This document shows positions 7,131 to 16,416 of a stretch of 64,000 nt of DNA, piece by piece (positions within the stretch are counted from its first letter, which is position 1; each line of letters starts with the position of its first letter). A program made the position numbers and the translations under genes. Origin of the DNA: a virus. The notes beneath the pieces are model-generated. The model saw only the letters and a program-made list of their open reading frames with translations, was not told where the DNA came from and ran no database searches. The stretch spans positions 4,947 through 68,946 of IMG/VR virus record IMGVR_UViG_3300035703_000076; one strand, 5' to 3'.

Positions 7131-7481
7131 TTAGACATTATCTACCTCCTTTGCCTGGGTTCGTATTTCATCAAGGCTTCTCAATATAGAATCTACTCTA
7201 TCATTTGGGAACTCCTCTCTAATTACCGAAAGCAGTAATTTTACTTCTTCGCATTTCACATAAAAATCAAATGCCAATCTTTGGTTTTCCGTAGGGTTTT
7301 GAATTTCCTTGAATCGTCGAATATTTAGGTCGATTTCGTGGATTCGAATAAGGGCTGCAACCTTTGGAATAAGTTTCGATTTGTCAAAGTATGGTTCGTT
7401 TTCAATTGCTTCAATTATCTTGGTCGCAATGAAAATAGGCGATTGGGTTTTTATATCTCGTTTAGCCATTGTTATTATCAT
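7131..7481 (-). CDS. hypothetical protein
   Basis: ORF, operon packing. Confidence 0.65.
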   Translation of the reverse strand: MIITMAKRDIKTQSPIFIATKIIEAIENEPYFDKSKLIPKVAALIRIHEIDLNIRRFKEIQNPTENQRLAFDFYVKCEEVKLLLSVIREEFPNDRVDSILRSLDEIRTQAKEVDNV

Positions 7482-7953
7482 TCAAAATTAGCCTTCCATC
7501 AAGGGTGAACATTGGGGCGGCCTCGTCGTGGATTAGACACCTGTTCCATTTAGCGGATTTAACGATTACAGGGATAGGGCTGTGCATTTTTGCAACTTTT
7601 TCCAAGTCCTTAATCGCTTGCTTGCAGTCCTTTTCGAAATATGGCCGAACTGCTAAGCCTCGGTCTTTCATTGTGGATTGGTTTTCCTCGGTTCCGTTCC
7701 AAAGTTGCTCAAGCTGTCTAATGCGTTCTAATCGCTCGGAAACGATGAAGGTGTGGAAATGGTCAATGAAGATGTACTCGAAGCCTATATCTAAGGCAAT
7801 GCATAGATTAATGAACTTAAAGCCAAGGGTTCGGTTTGCCAAATTGAAAACTCGTTCAACTCGTTTTGGCGTGGTCGGTTTCTTGTTTAAAAGCCTGTTT
7901 GCTTCTTCGGGTTTGTAAAGGAACAGGCGGTCGGGGTAGGTGTCGGATAGCAT
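7462..7953 (-). CDS. hypothetical protein (163 aa)
   Basis: ORF; its 3' end is duplicated at 6287-6326. Confidence 0.7.
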   Translation of the reverse strand: MLSDTYPDRLFLYKPEEANRLLNKKPTTPKRVERVFNLANRTLGFKFINLCIALDIGFEYIFIDHFHTFIVSERLERIRQLEQLWNGTEENQSTMKDRGLAVRPYFEKDCKQAIKDLEKVAKMHSPIPVIVKSAKWNRCLIHDEAAPMFTLDGRLILNDNNNG

Positions 7954-8217
7954 AGTTTCTCTTGATTTTAGTGGTTATTTCCCAAATATTCCCAAACCTT
8001 AACTAAGGATGGCCAGGCTACGTTGACAATCAAACCTGCAACGTAAACAATTGCCATCCAAGATACGGCAAGTAATAGGAATCGGCAAATGCCGTGGGTT
8101 CGGGCTTTCATGCGAAGCAAAAATTAATGGTTGATATAATGACTAATAAGCCAATAGAAAAGATAATTGCGGCAGCAAGTAGCAGCCTTTTAAGGAGGTT
8201 AGGTTTCATTGTTTTAA

Positions 8218-8241
8218 GTTGTTATTGACATTGCAAATGTA
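8218..8241 (-). promoter_or_regulatory. early promoter: TACATTTG-N4-GTCAATAACAAC
   Basis: Consensus TAnnTTTG box plus the shared leader motif. Confidence 0.75.
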
Positions 8242-8248
8242 GTAATTT

Positions 8249-8473
8249 CTAAATATCATCAATATCTTTTCGGATAAAACTTTCGGGGTTTCGGTAAAAA
8301 TACCCAGCCCTAACCACCACCTCTCTCATTTTGGTTTCGGATAAGATTCCTAAAGCATAACGGTTTCGGATGTTGTTTCCCCATTGGCTGCTCATCCCGC
8401 ATCTGCGGTAAAAGTATTTAAAGTTTAAGGTGTAGCAGAAAGCCTGCTCTAAACTCATTGTTTCTGTTCTCAT
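8249..8473 (-). CDS. hypothetical protein
   Basis: ORF. Confidence 0.6.
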   Translation of the reverse strand: MRTETMSLEQAFCYTLNFKYFYRRCGMSSQWGNNIRNRYALGILSETKMREVVVRAGYFYRNPESFIRKDIDDI

Positions 8474-8492
8474 TGTTGTTACATTGATTTGA

Positions 8493-9185
8493 TTAAAGTA
8501 AATTTTCTTGTTTGTAATAGTTTATTAGATACCACACATTTTGAGGTGTAAACTCCTTCCCATCGGTTGTTATGTAGCCGCTTCGTTTGTAGCCTAAGCG
8601 ATTAAGGTTGTAGCTAATTTCCTTTAGAAGATAGTCGGGGTTGGCGGCAATATACATTTTGATGTACTCGTATATCTGAACTTTGTTGTTATCCTCCCAT
8701 ACGGCTCTTTTCCTTGCTATTCCTCCATTAACTGCGGCTTCATAGCTTAGGTTTTCAGGTTTTCCAAGTTTCACTCCATTGGATTTCTTTACTTGCAATG
8801 CAGCCTTTGTTCGTTTGCTTATCAGTTCCCTTTCGTGCTGTGCCATCGTTGCGAAGATGCCAAGGGTTAGGGTGTTGAGGTCGGGCAAATCTAAACAAAC
8901 AAAGTTAACTGATTCCTTCAAAGTAAACAAAAAAGATACATTTCTACTTAGTCTGTCTAACTTAGCTATGAGCAAAGTTGCTTCTTTTTGTTTACATTCC
9001 TTTATAGCTTGTTCAAGTTGAGGTCGCTTGTCCTTCTTACCCGATTCAACTTCTGTAAACTCCTGCAATATACGGCCATTATTTTTGGCGTATAAGTTAA
9101 CAGCTTGCTTTTGTGCTTCCAAACCTAAGCCTGATTCGCCTTGTCGCTTTGTTGATACTCGGTAGTATGCAATGTAGGTTTTCAT
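8493..9185 (-). CDS. serine recombinase (resolvase/invertase family)
   Basis: YYRVST..Q, G.K..RP.L and KLDRLSRN catalytic motifs; ERELIS.RTK helix E. Confidence 0.92.
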   Translation of the reverse strand: MKTYIAYYRVSTKRQGESGLGLEAQKQAVNLYAKNNGRILQEFTEVESGKKDKRPQLEQAIKECKQKEATLLIAKLDRLSRNVSFLFTLKESVNFVCLDLPDLNTLTLGIFATMAQHERELISKRTKAALQVKKSNGVKLGKPENLSYEAAVNGGIARKRAVWEDNNKVQIYEYIKMYIAANPDYLLKEISYNLNRLGYKRSGYITTDGKEFTPQNVWYLINYYKQENLL

Positions 9186-9187
9186 AT

Positions 9188-9424
9188 TTAATTTAGCGTA
9201 AAGGATTCCAAGGTTAAGATTTCAAGTTTGGCGAATTGTAGCTGCCAATACATTCTTCTGACGGCTTTATAATATTCCCAAAATTGTTCCTGTTCCCTTT
9301 TCGGCAACTTGAATAATTCGCCCGAATTTATGAAGTTTCTACATTCCGCTTTTTGGGCGGAAAGTTCGGCAATGGCTTCATCGTTTGAAGTCAAACGACT
9401 GATGGTGTCGGTGTGGTAGTACAT
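9188..9424 (-). CDS. hypothetical protein (start MYYHTD)
   Basis: ORF; internal ATG with A-rich upstream. Confidence 0.6.
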   Translation of the reverse strand: MYYHTDTISRLTSNDEAIAELSAQKAECRNFINSGELFKLPKREQEQFWEYYKAVRRMYWQLQFAKLEILTLESFTLN

Positions 9425-9455
9425 TGTTTGTTGGTTGGTTTTAAAGATTAATGTT

Positions 9456-9688
9456 TTAGGGCAATTCAAAGAATGGATAGTCATTATCATCAAAGTCATT
9501 CTCAAAAGCAATCAATCCCTTTTTGCTAAGGTATTTCCTTTCGCCTCCGCTATGCCGAAAGTACATTGTATTTTCTTCGTCCAATTTCTCGAACTTCAAT
9601 AGGGTTGCAAAAGGTAGTGTTGGGTTTGTGTCGCTGTATATTTTACCAGCAACAAGTTCTTTTGGGTGGTTGATTTTTTGTAGGTCAT
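9456..9688 (-). pseudogene. frameshifted hypothetical gene
   Basis: ATG ACC TAC + A6 is out of frame with a downstream open frame of about 75 codons (INHPKELVAG...PFFELP*); one extra A restores it. Confidence 0.45.
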
Positions 9689-9738
9689 TTGATTATTTTT
9701 TTTGATTGGTTTAACATTAAGTTTTTTTCGGGTTTGGG

Positions 9739-9963
9739 TTAAGCGCACCACCGAGGAAAGTCAATTTCTCCCGTTTTTATAATAATTTGGGCTACTTCTT
9801 GGGCTTCGTTCCCTTGGTACAAACCATCGGCAATGCAAGCTATAAACCATGAATGTAAATTATCCTCCTCGCTGTGCGCTGCTTCGGGGTCTGCCGCTAA
9901 ACTGGAAATTCTTAAAAGTTCATTTGTGGCAAGTTCTTTTGTTAATTTTTCACGTTCGTTCAT
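9739..9963 (-). CDS. hypothetical phage protein (DPE.AH..ED...RWCA)
   Basis: ORF with a recurrent small-phage-protein motif. Confidence 0.75.
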   Translation of the reverse strand: MNEREKLTKELATNELLRISSLAADPEAAHSEEDNLHSWFIACIADGLYQGNEAQEVAQIIIKTGEIDFPRWCA

Positions 9964-9996
9964 TTTGATTAATTTTTACTCGGTTAATACATTTCC

Positions 9997-10194
9997 CTAT
10001 TTCGGGTTTGTTGTTACATTATTTACATTGTTATTGCCCCATTCAACGATTTCTTGCAATGGTGTGGACTGCGAAAAGTTTTCCTCTTTAAAAGGAAACT
10101 TAAAGCCCTCCTTCCAAAGTTCGGCAGTTCGGTTGTACGCTGTACCATTTTGGACGATTAAATAATGGTTGTTTTTTAGCTTGATTTTTAACAT
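9997..10194 (-). CDS. hypothetical protein
   Basis: ORF. Confidence 0.6.
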   Translation of the reverse strand: MLKIKLKNNHYLIVQNGTAYNRTAELWKEGFKFPFKEENFSQSTPLQEIVEWGNNNVNNVTTNPK

Positions 10195-10202
10195 TGTGTT
10201 TT

Positions 10203-10424
10203 TTATTGGTTGGTTAATAGTTCTTTTGCTCTTATCATTCCCAAAAGGAAATAATTTAATTCATTGTAGGGCAATGTAGGGCTAATTGTACTTTGTCCTA
10301 ATTGGGCGAAAAAGTGAGGGGTTGTTTTTCGTTTATCATTAAAGATATATTGACGAATGGTTATGCCCAATTTTAAACAATTGGCTGCATTTTGCAGGGC
10401 TTCAAGTTCGGTTATGTTTGACAT
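10203..10424 (-). CDS. hypothetical protein
   Basis: ORF. Confidence 0.65.
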   Translation of the reverse strand: MSNITELEALQNAANCLKLGITIRQYIFNDKRKTTPHFFAQLGQSTISPTLPYNELNYFLLGMIRAKELLTNQ

Positions 10425-10449
10425 TGCTTTTTTTTGGTTGGTTAATTAA

Positions 10450-10698
10450 TTAAAACTCTTTGTTGTCCTTTATGATTTCATTGCATAGGGCTAAATATCC
10501 TTGATGTACCCTATTTTTCCCATTGTGGTCGGTTTCGTCGGGTAAGCTATGCCAATTGTCAACTGCCTTGCTGTTGGTTGTTACGGTGTGAATTTCTTTG
10601 CCATAGTGGACACATGAGATATACCAATGTCCGTAAGTTGAGGGTTCGACATTCAGTTTTTTAACGTTGTGAAATGCTTGGGCTTTTGTGGCGTTCAT
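10450..10698 (-). CDS. hypothetical protein
   Basis: ORF. Confidence 0.65.
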   Translation of the reverse strand: MNATKAQAFHNVKKLNVEPSTYGHWYISCVHYGKEIHTVTTNSKAVDNWHSLPDETDHNGKNRVHQGYLALCNEIIKDNKEF

Positions 10699-10724
10699 TT
10701 GATTGGGGGGTTAGTTTATTAAAG

Positions 10725-12197
10725 TTAAAATTCCATTTCAAAAATTACTGATTGGGCTTGTTGACTGGTTGTTTCTTTTGCTCTGCCCGTTTGTCTTTTT
10801 TGGTAGGCTGTTTGCGGTTTAGCTTCAAAAAGTGGAAAGCCTTTTAGTTGAGCAACTTTAGCGTTGAAAGTTTCCCATACTTTTTCACTTTTAAATTCAA
10901 AGTGCATGTTTCCATTTTTGAAAGCTTTGTATTTAAAAAACTCGCACCCATCAAAATATTCACCGTAAGCATTGCGGTTTATGGATTGGTATAATGTTCT
11001 TATTTTGTCGTAATCAATACCACAGGCAAAACAAAGGGCTTTTTCAAGGTCTTCAACTTTGGTACTATTGTATGAACTAAGGTAGTTGTAAGTTGTGCTT
11101 GTAACGCCGTATTCTTTTGCAGGGTTTACAATGTTAGGAAGAATAAACTTTTTACCTACTAAAAAATGGCCGTTTGTTTTCCATCCTTGGACATTGTACC
11201 TGTTGTCGTGGTGATGCTTGGTAATTGTGTCGAAAGCTTCTAAAATCGCTTTATCCATACGATTTCCAGCAGTTCCAATAATCATTTCCACCATTTTGTA
11301 AATGTTTCGCATGGTAAAGGGAACATTTTGCTGCGTTTCAGTAAATTTATTAATATCCTCCCTTAATGACTTGGTTGAATATTTGTCTAATTCAAATTTT
11401 TTGATGATAAAAAGCCAAGCGGATTTTTGAAGATTAATTTTAAATTCATTTCTTAGAACTGTCGCACCCTTCTCTGTGCAACTAAAGCTTAAACTTTCAC
11501 CATAAAATCCGCTTAGTAAAGCATTCATTTTTTTGGCCGTGTTTAATTGTTCGTCATAAATTTTAATTGCAGCCACATACCTATTAACCAAGTCCCTTAC
11601 AAAGTTGTAAGTAATTAGTCCGTTTCCCTGCGCTTCGATTGGGTCTTCCTCCATAAAAAAACCTTCAAATTCTTGGCTGTATTCGCTTGATGGCTTTTGA
11701 ATGGATACCAAAGCTATGTTAACATCTGTTTGCCTTTCAGAAGTAGAAAAACAATTGCCTAAATTTACATAGTTTCCATTCTGTTTAACAACTTCATAAA
11801 GTTCTTTTCTTTGCTGCGAATATGTGTTTTTTAATGTTTCCAAATTCAGTAGGCTAATAATCCTGCATCCTGATGGGGCAATGTTGAAAGCATGAAGCAA
11901 ATGTTCAGCACCTCGGCTAAAAGGAGGATTCATTACGATAAAATCAATATGACTAACATCTTCGCTTTTCAGTTCTAAAAAGTTTTCAGCAATTAACTTG
12001 CATTTGCTTTTAATGATTTCTTTTAGCCTTGAGTCGTTTTCACATGCAATAACATTACCTCCTTTATTTTTTAGGAAGTCAACTATGTTACCACTCCCTG
12101 CGCTTGGTTCTAAAATGGTCTTGCCTTGGAAATCTATTCCAAAAGTCATTTGTTCAATTACGTCCGTAGGGGTTGGGTAAAAATCTTGATTAAACAT
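10725..12197 (-). CDS. N6-adenine-type DNA methyltransferase with DUF4942-like C-terminal domain
   Basis: DFYPTP, LEPSAGSG (motif I), VMNPPF (motif IV); C-terminal GWKTN and FKNGNMH.F. Confidence 0.88.
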   Translation of the reverse strand: MFNQDFYPTPTDVIEQMTFGIDFQGKTILEPSAGSGNIVDFLKNKGGNVIACENDSRLKEIIKSKCKLIAENFLELKSEDVSHIDFIVMNPPFSRGAEHLLHAFNIAPSGCRIISLLNLETLKNTYSQQRKELYEVVKQNGNYVNLGNCFSTSERQTDVNIALVSIQKPSSEYSQEFEGFFMEEDPIEAQGNGLITYNFVRDLVNRYVAAIKIYDEQLNTAKKMNALLSGFYGESLSFSCTEKGATVLRNEFKINLQKSAWLFIIKKFELDKYSTKSLREDINKFTETQQNVPFTMRNIYKMVEMIIGTAGNRMDKAILEAFDTITKHHHDNRYNVQGWKTNGHFLVGKKFILPNIVNPAKEYGVTSTTYNYLSSYNSTKVEDLEKALCFACGIDYDKIRTLYQSINRNAYGEYFDGCEFFKYKAFKNGNMHFEFKSEKVWETFNAKVAQLKGFPLFEAKPQTAYQKRQTGRAKETTSQQAQSVIFEMEF

Positions 12198-12232
12198 TTT
12201 TTAAAGTATTTATTGATTAATAAAATTGAACA

Positions 12233-13240
12233 TTAGTTTTTTGAACTGATTAAAAAACTTTTTACGTCTTCTAATTTGCGCTTGCTGAAAATAATACCTT
12301 TTCCACATTTTAAACGTGGGTTGTAACTTCCTCCGATTTTTATTAAACCTTCGTAGTGTTTGGTTAAATCCCCAACAACGGCGAAAGCTTTTTCGGAATA
12401 GTCAACTATTTTGATTTTACCTTTTACCTCTACTTCTGTTTCAACGGTTTCGGGTTTAACATTGGCTGCTTCATCAGTTACAAATTGAATGTAGAAAAAG
12501 TTTTCAATCCCACTTGTGGCTGTTTTGTCGTTCCTTTTTACCTCAAAACTTTTGAAACCGTCGGGAATAGAGGTATGATATAAAAGCCTGTGCGCTATCC
12601 TGTTCGGTTGGTCATTATAGTCTAGGTTTGAAAAATCAAAAAGTAACTCTAATTGCTTTTCAACTTCTTGGGAAATCTCATTAGAAATATCCCTGTGTGA
12701 ACTTACATACTTTGCTTGGGGAATGTCGGTTCTTTGGTTGCTGTATTCATAAATATCCTCCATGCCGTTGAAATGGCCGTATTGATATTTATCAATAATA
12801 TTATCAACTTCGCCAGTCGTTGGGCCGTTTGACCAATTAACATGAACGCTGTTTCCTCCTGAAAAAGAATCGGACTTTACAGAGAATTTAACAGAAGGGA
12901 AAACCTTTTTCAATTCTTGCTTAATCGCTGCGCTCGCTGCTGCGTGGCTGCTTGACTTTCCTTTGTTGGCTTCTTTTTGTTTTGCCTTCCATTCTTCTCG
13001 GCTGTCTGCTGCTGCTTTTAAGCTATTAACCTTGGCTGTTAATAGCTCAATTGTTCTATACCTGAAAAAGTCAGTATGATTGGCCGCAGTACCCCAAAAG
13101 GATTTTAAATAAAAATCGGTTTCGTGTATAAAAATAAATAGATTTTTATATTCAATTTTTTTGTATCCATTGCGTAATAGCCAATCAAATTGGGTTGCTC
13201 TGCTGTTGTCCCTGTCTGCTTTGGTTAATAGTCTGTTCAT
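12233..13240 (-). CDS. LPD29-domain polyvalent-type protein
   Basis: LKKVFP.VKFSV.S...SGG.SV.V.W..GPT...V......Y..G.FNGMED.Y motif; C-terminal DYSEKAFAV.G...GG.YN.RL domain. Confidence 0.75.
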   Translation of the reverse strand: MNRLLTKADRDNSRATQFDWLLRNGYKKIEYKNLFIFIHETDFYLKSFWGTAANHTDFFRYRTIELLTAKVNSLKAAADSREEWKAKQKEANKGKSSSHAAASAAIKQELKKVFPSVKFSVKSDSFSGGNSVHVNWSNGPTTGEVDNIIDKYQYGHFNGMEDIYEYSNQRTDIPQAKYVSSHRDISNEISQEVEKQLELLFDFSNLDYNDQPNRIAHRLLYHTSIPDGFKSFEVKRNDKTATSGIENFFYIQFVTDEAANVKPETVETEVEVKGKIKIVDYSEKAFAVVGDLTKHYEGLIKIGGSYNPRLKCGKGIIFSKRKLEDVKSFLISSKN

Positions 13241-13284
13241 TGCTTAAAAGTTTAAAAGTTTAAATATTTGGTTGGTTGGTTGGT

Positions 13285-13452
13285 TTAGTTTTTTGAAGTC
13301 AAATTTTCAAGGAAAAGAACGATGCTTAAAATGATGCTTAACAAGGTGAAAAAAGCGAAAAACTGATATTCCTTTGAAAAGGCTGAAAAACCGACAAGGA
13401 AAAGGCAAAGAAATAAGCTAATTAATAGGGGTTGGTTTGGTTGGTTGTTCAT
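13285..13452 (-). CDS. small two-TM membrane protein (about 55 aa)
   Basis: Hand translation MNNQPNQPLLISLFLCLFLVGF...; first gene after the promoter. Confidence 0.55.
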   Translation of the reverse strand: MNNQPNQPLLISLFLCLFLVGFSAFSKEYQFFAFFTLLSIILSIVLFLENLTSKN

Positions 13453-13464
13453 TGTTGTATTGTT

Positions 13465-13487
13465 TTGTTATTGACACGACAAACATA
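13465..13487 (-). promoter_or_regulatory. early promoter: TATGTTTG-N4-GTCAATAACAA
   Basis: Consensus TAnnTTTG box plus the shared leader motif. Confidence 0.75.
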
Positions 13488-13572
13488 CGGCAACAATTAA
13501 TACAAAAAACAACAGCAAATAAAAAAAGTTGTAACTGCTTGGAAATCAATGAAAAAGATTTACATAAAAGGT

Positions 13573-14061
13573 TTATTTCTTGGCCTTTTTTAGTGGTTTT
13601 TTACCCAATTTTCGGCGGTTTTCTTCCTGTTGTTCAACAAGGAACGGAAAGGTTGTACGAAAGTCCAGGGTGAACATATCGCAAAATTCGAGGGTTGGAA
13701 GGTAGATTAAACAGACTGAATAAGCTTTAAAAAAGGTGTGGATTGGTAGTCCTCTTAAATAGTCAGGTTTGCATCGGGAAAATAGTTGGTTGGATATTTT
13801 AGCGAGGGCTGAAAATTCAGGTTGACTTAGTCCGCTAATCTTTTGTATGTATATCAAATTAGCCCTAAATTTTGCGTAAAATTGCGTTAAGTGGTTTGAA
13901 AAGGCTAAACCATTATAATGAGTGTAAAGTATGTTTAAATGGTTAAAATGGGCTTTTCCTTCATCAGTCTTGAACTTGGAGAGAGCGTTATTAATCATTT
14001 TCTCCCTCTGCAATTTATAAGCTTCAAGGCTTTTATTTGCTTTCCATTTCACATTTTCCAC
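13573..14061 (-). CDS. XRE-like HTH protein (possible repressor)
   Basis: NL..I....GLSQ.EF...A.IS....SR pattern; sits at the divergence point. Confidence 0.55.
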   Translation of the reverse strand: MENVKWKANKSLEAYKLQREKMINNALSKFKTDEGKAHFNHLNILYTHYNGLAFSNHLTQFYAKFRANLIYIQKISGLSQPEFSALAKISNQLFSRCKPDYLRGLPIHTFFKAYSVCLIYLPTLEFCDMFTLDFRTTFPFLVEQQEENRRKLGKKPLKKAKK

Positions 14062-14378
14062 CCTTTTCCTCCTTTCAATTCAACCTTTCCTTCCTTTCCA
14101 CAACCTTGAACGTTGGTTTAAGGTTATGAAAATTGGTGGTTTTGGTAATTGATTGGAGCATTTTGTTAGTTAATAATTTATTTGAATTGCCGCAAAGATA
14201 AAGCAATTTTTTAAATATACAATAGCACCCTGGTCGTATATTGCCTATGCCTTGCTTCCCTTGCCTTGCCTTGCTTGGTTGTGGTTTGGGTTTGACCTTG
14301 AAAAAAAAAGTAAGGCAGGGGGGTTGATGGCAGGGGGGTGCTTTTTTTGTCTGCTTGGTTTGGCTGAACGTGGGGGTA

Positions 14379-14490
14379 AACCCCTCTTTCATTGAGGGAC
14401 AACCCCTCTTTCAATCAGGGATGCTTTCTTCAACCCCTCTTTCTTTGCGCTAAACCAATTTTCCTTCAACCCTCTTTCATTGAGGGATGC
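14379..14490. repeat. four copies of AACCC(C)TCTTTC, three followed by A(T/A)T(G/C)AGGGA
   Basis: Copies at about 14379, 14401, 14432 and 14468 in a pyrimidine-skewed intergenic region. Confidence 0.85.
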
Positions 14491-14771
14491 CTTCTTTGAC
14501 CTTCCTTTCTCCCTTGTCAACCTTTAGCTTTCTTTTCAATCCTTCCTTTCCCTTCAACAGCTTCTTTCTTTTGGATGATAAGAAAGGTTAGATTGATTGA
14601 ATGGTAAGTAATCCTTCAACAACAGCTTTGGTTTGAATGTTATGGATGTTTTGGATGTTTTGAATGTAAGTCAAGGTTAAAAAAAGTATATCAAAAAAAA
14701 TAATACTTGGATAATAAACTAATAGAAGCGATTTTGCTTTGCCTACTCTAACAAGGATTTTATGTATAACT

Positions 14772-14834
14772 TCGGTACTATTAGTGGTATTATCGGTACT
14801 ATTAGTGGTACTTTTGGTACTATTAGGAGTACTG
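14772..14834. repeat. 3 x 21-bp iteron-like repeat (TYGGTACTATTAGKRGTA...)
   Basis: Period 21 bp at 14772, 14793 and 14814; just upstream of the RepL-like gene promoter. Confidence 0.85.
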
Positions 14835-14914
14835 ACAGGATAAAAAAAAGTTATTATAAATGTAAATTGATAAAATATTAGTACTATATTTGCGGACTGA
14901 AAGTAATTTAATAA

Positions 14915-15391
14915 ATGAAAGAGAGGCACGTAAAAACAACTGAAACTGTTACCAATAATTTCTCAGAAGAAACTGGGGAATTGAAGGGGAGCCATAAAGA
15001 AACAAAGAGCTATTCGATATTCGTGGAGGATAGCGAAAGCTTTGCTTATGTGTTTTCTTCGATTATAGGGGCATTAAAGAACTTGAATGGTAATGATGTA
15101 CTTCTTTTGACTTATTGTTCGTTAAACGCAGAATTTAACACCAACAGGATTACGATTAACAAGCCCATCTGTGACGAAATTTATGAGAAGCTTGGCGTTC
15201 CATATCAGTCGGTTAAGAACTCGCTTGGAAAAATGACCAAGATTGGTATCTTTCAAAGGTTGGGTTCGGGAAGTTATTTGATTAATCCCCATTACTATTG
15301 GAGGGGTAAAAGGAATGAGAGAGGTAAAGTTGCCAAAGAGTTTAGTATATCAGTAAAAATCAAACCAAATAATAATTTTGAAAATGAGTAA
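14915..15391 (+). CDS. RepL-like winged-helix replication protein
   Basis: HTH followed by G.YLINP.YYWRG, typical of RepL-type proteins; TATATTTG promoter upstream. Confidence 0.7.
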   Translation: MKERHVKTTETVTNNFSEETGELKGSHKETKSYSIFVEDSESFAYVFSSIIGALKNLNGNDVLLLTYCSLNAEFNTNRITINKPICDEIYEKLGVPYQSVKNSLGKMTKIGIFQRLGSGSYLINPHYYWRGKRNERGKVAKEFSISVKIKPNNNFENE

Positions 15392-15635
15392 AACAGAATT
15401 TTTAGAACTTTACGGAGAAGCAAAAGTTTCCTTTTCTTTTTATTACAAATACACCTTTTCGTTTAAGGGCGAATTTGATGGCAAGTCAATTTATGCAAGC
15501 GTTGGCGGCATTGCTGATGATATTTACAAGTTAAACATAATCGGAGGGCAGGAATACTTGTTGAAGGACTTGGATTTTAATTACGCCGAGGTTACAAAAT
15601 GCGGAATTACAATTGCTGAATTTAATGACTTTTAA
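15378..15635 (+). CDS. hypothetical protein
   Basis: ORF, operon packing. Confidence 0.7.
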   Translation: MKMSKTEFLELYGEAKVSFSFYYKYTFSFKGEFDGKSIYASVGGIADDIYKLNIIGGQEYLLKDLDFNYAEVTKCGITIAEFNDF

Positions 15636-15649
15636 TAAAAACCAATAAA

Positions 15650-15874
15650 ATGAGTGAACCTAAAAAAAGACATTTCTTTGTAGGCTATTGGGCAATCACG
15701 GCTGATGGTGAGAAGGTTGTGAGTTCTATTATGATAGATACGTTTGGTGTTTTTCCAAGCATAGATAGCTTAGCTGATTCTATAAAGCCTTTTTATGATA
15801 ATTCGGACGTAGAGATTATTTCCATTACCGAACTATCTGAAACTGATTACAAACAATTTTACGGGGAGGAATAA
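15650..15874 (+). CDS. hypothetical protein
   Basis: ORF. Confidence 0.7.
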   Translation: MSEPKKRHFFVGYWAITADGEKVVSSIMIDTFGVFPSIDSLADSIKPFYDNSDVEIISITELSETDYKQFYGEE

Positions 15875-15876
15875 CC

Positions 15877-16101
15877 ATGACCTACCAAAAATGTCCAATC
15901 TGCGATGGAATCGGTATGGTTCCCGAACCCTATGCTGTAACAACAAGCTTCCACGTCAAATGCCCCACTTGCAAAGGTGCAAGGATTATCAGTTCAATGA
16001 CGGGCTTGCCTCCTGAAATGGTTGTCAAGGAAGTTGAGGAAAGGGAAAAGGATGAGCAATTTAAAAAAGAATTGCAACTTATTATCAATCAACAATTATA
16101 A
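15877..16101 (+). CDS. DnaJ-type zinc-finger small protein
   Basis: CPICDGIG...CPTCKGA (CxxCxGxG x2). Confidence 0.75.
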   Translation: MTYQKCPICDGIGMVPEPYAVTTSFHVKCPTCKGARIISSMTGLPPEMVVKEVEEREKDEQFKKELQLIINQQL

Positions 16102-16105
16102 TCTT

Positions 16106-16291
16106 ATGCAACAATTAATCAAATCAGAACTACGCCGAAGGAAGGAACAACGCCACCTTGACTATTATGGCAAATGGGTTGAACGAGCAATGGCAATGAC
16201 TGCACGAAACAAACCCCGCCCCATCCTCCAAGATGAAATTGAGTATCCCGAAGCTGAAACATTTTGCTTTGAACTGAAAAATAGGAAGTAA
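16106..16291 (+). CDS. hypothetical protein (start MQQLIK)
   Basis: ORF. Confidence 0.55.
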   Translation: MQQLIKSELRRRKEQRHLDYYGKWVERAMAMTARNKPRPILQDEIEYPEAETFCFELKNRK

Positions 16292-16416
16292 CCCCCTAAA
16301 AACACCGAAGGCCACCTATTACAGCAGCCTTTGATGAAAACTTTAAACTATGAAAAAAAGTGAATCAAAACCAACCACGGAAAATTCACGCCACAAAGGT
16401 AAATAAACTTTTTTAA

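Noticed and set aside
14075-14929. ORFs 14075-14392, 14211-14414 and 14588-14929 as genes
   Set aside because: They overlap the repeat-rich, low-complexity putative origin and read as translated repeats.
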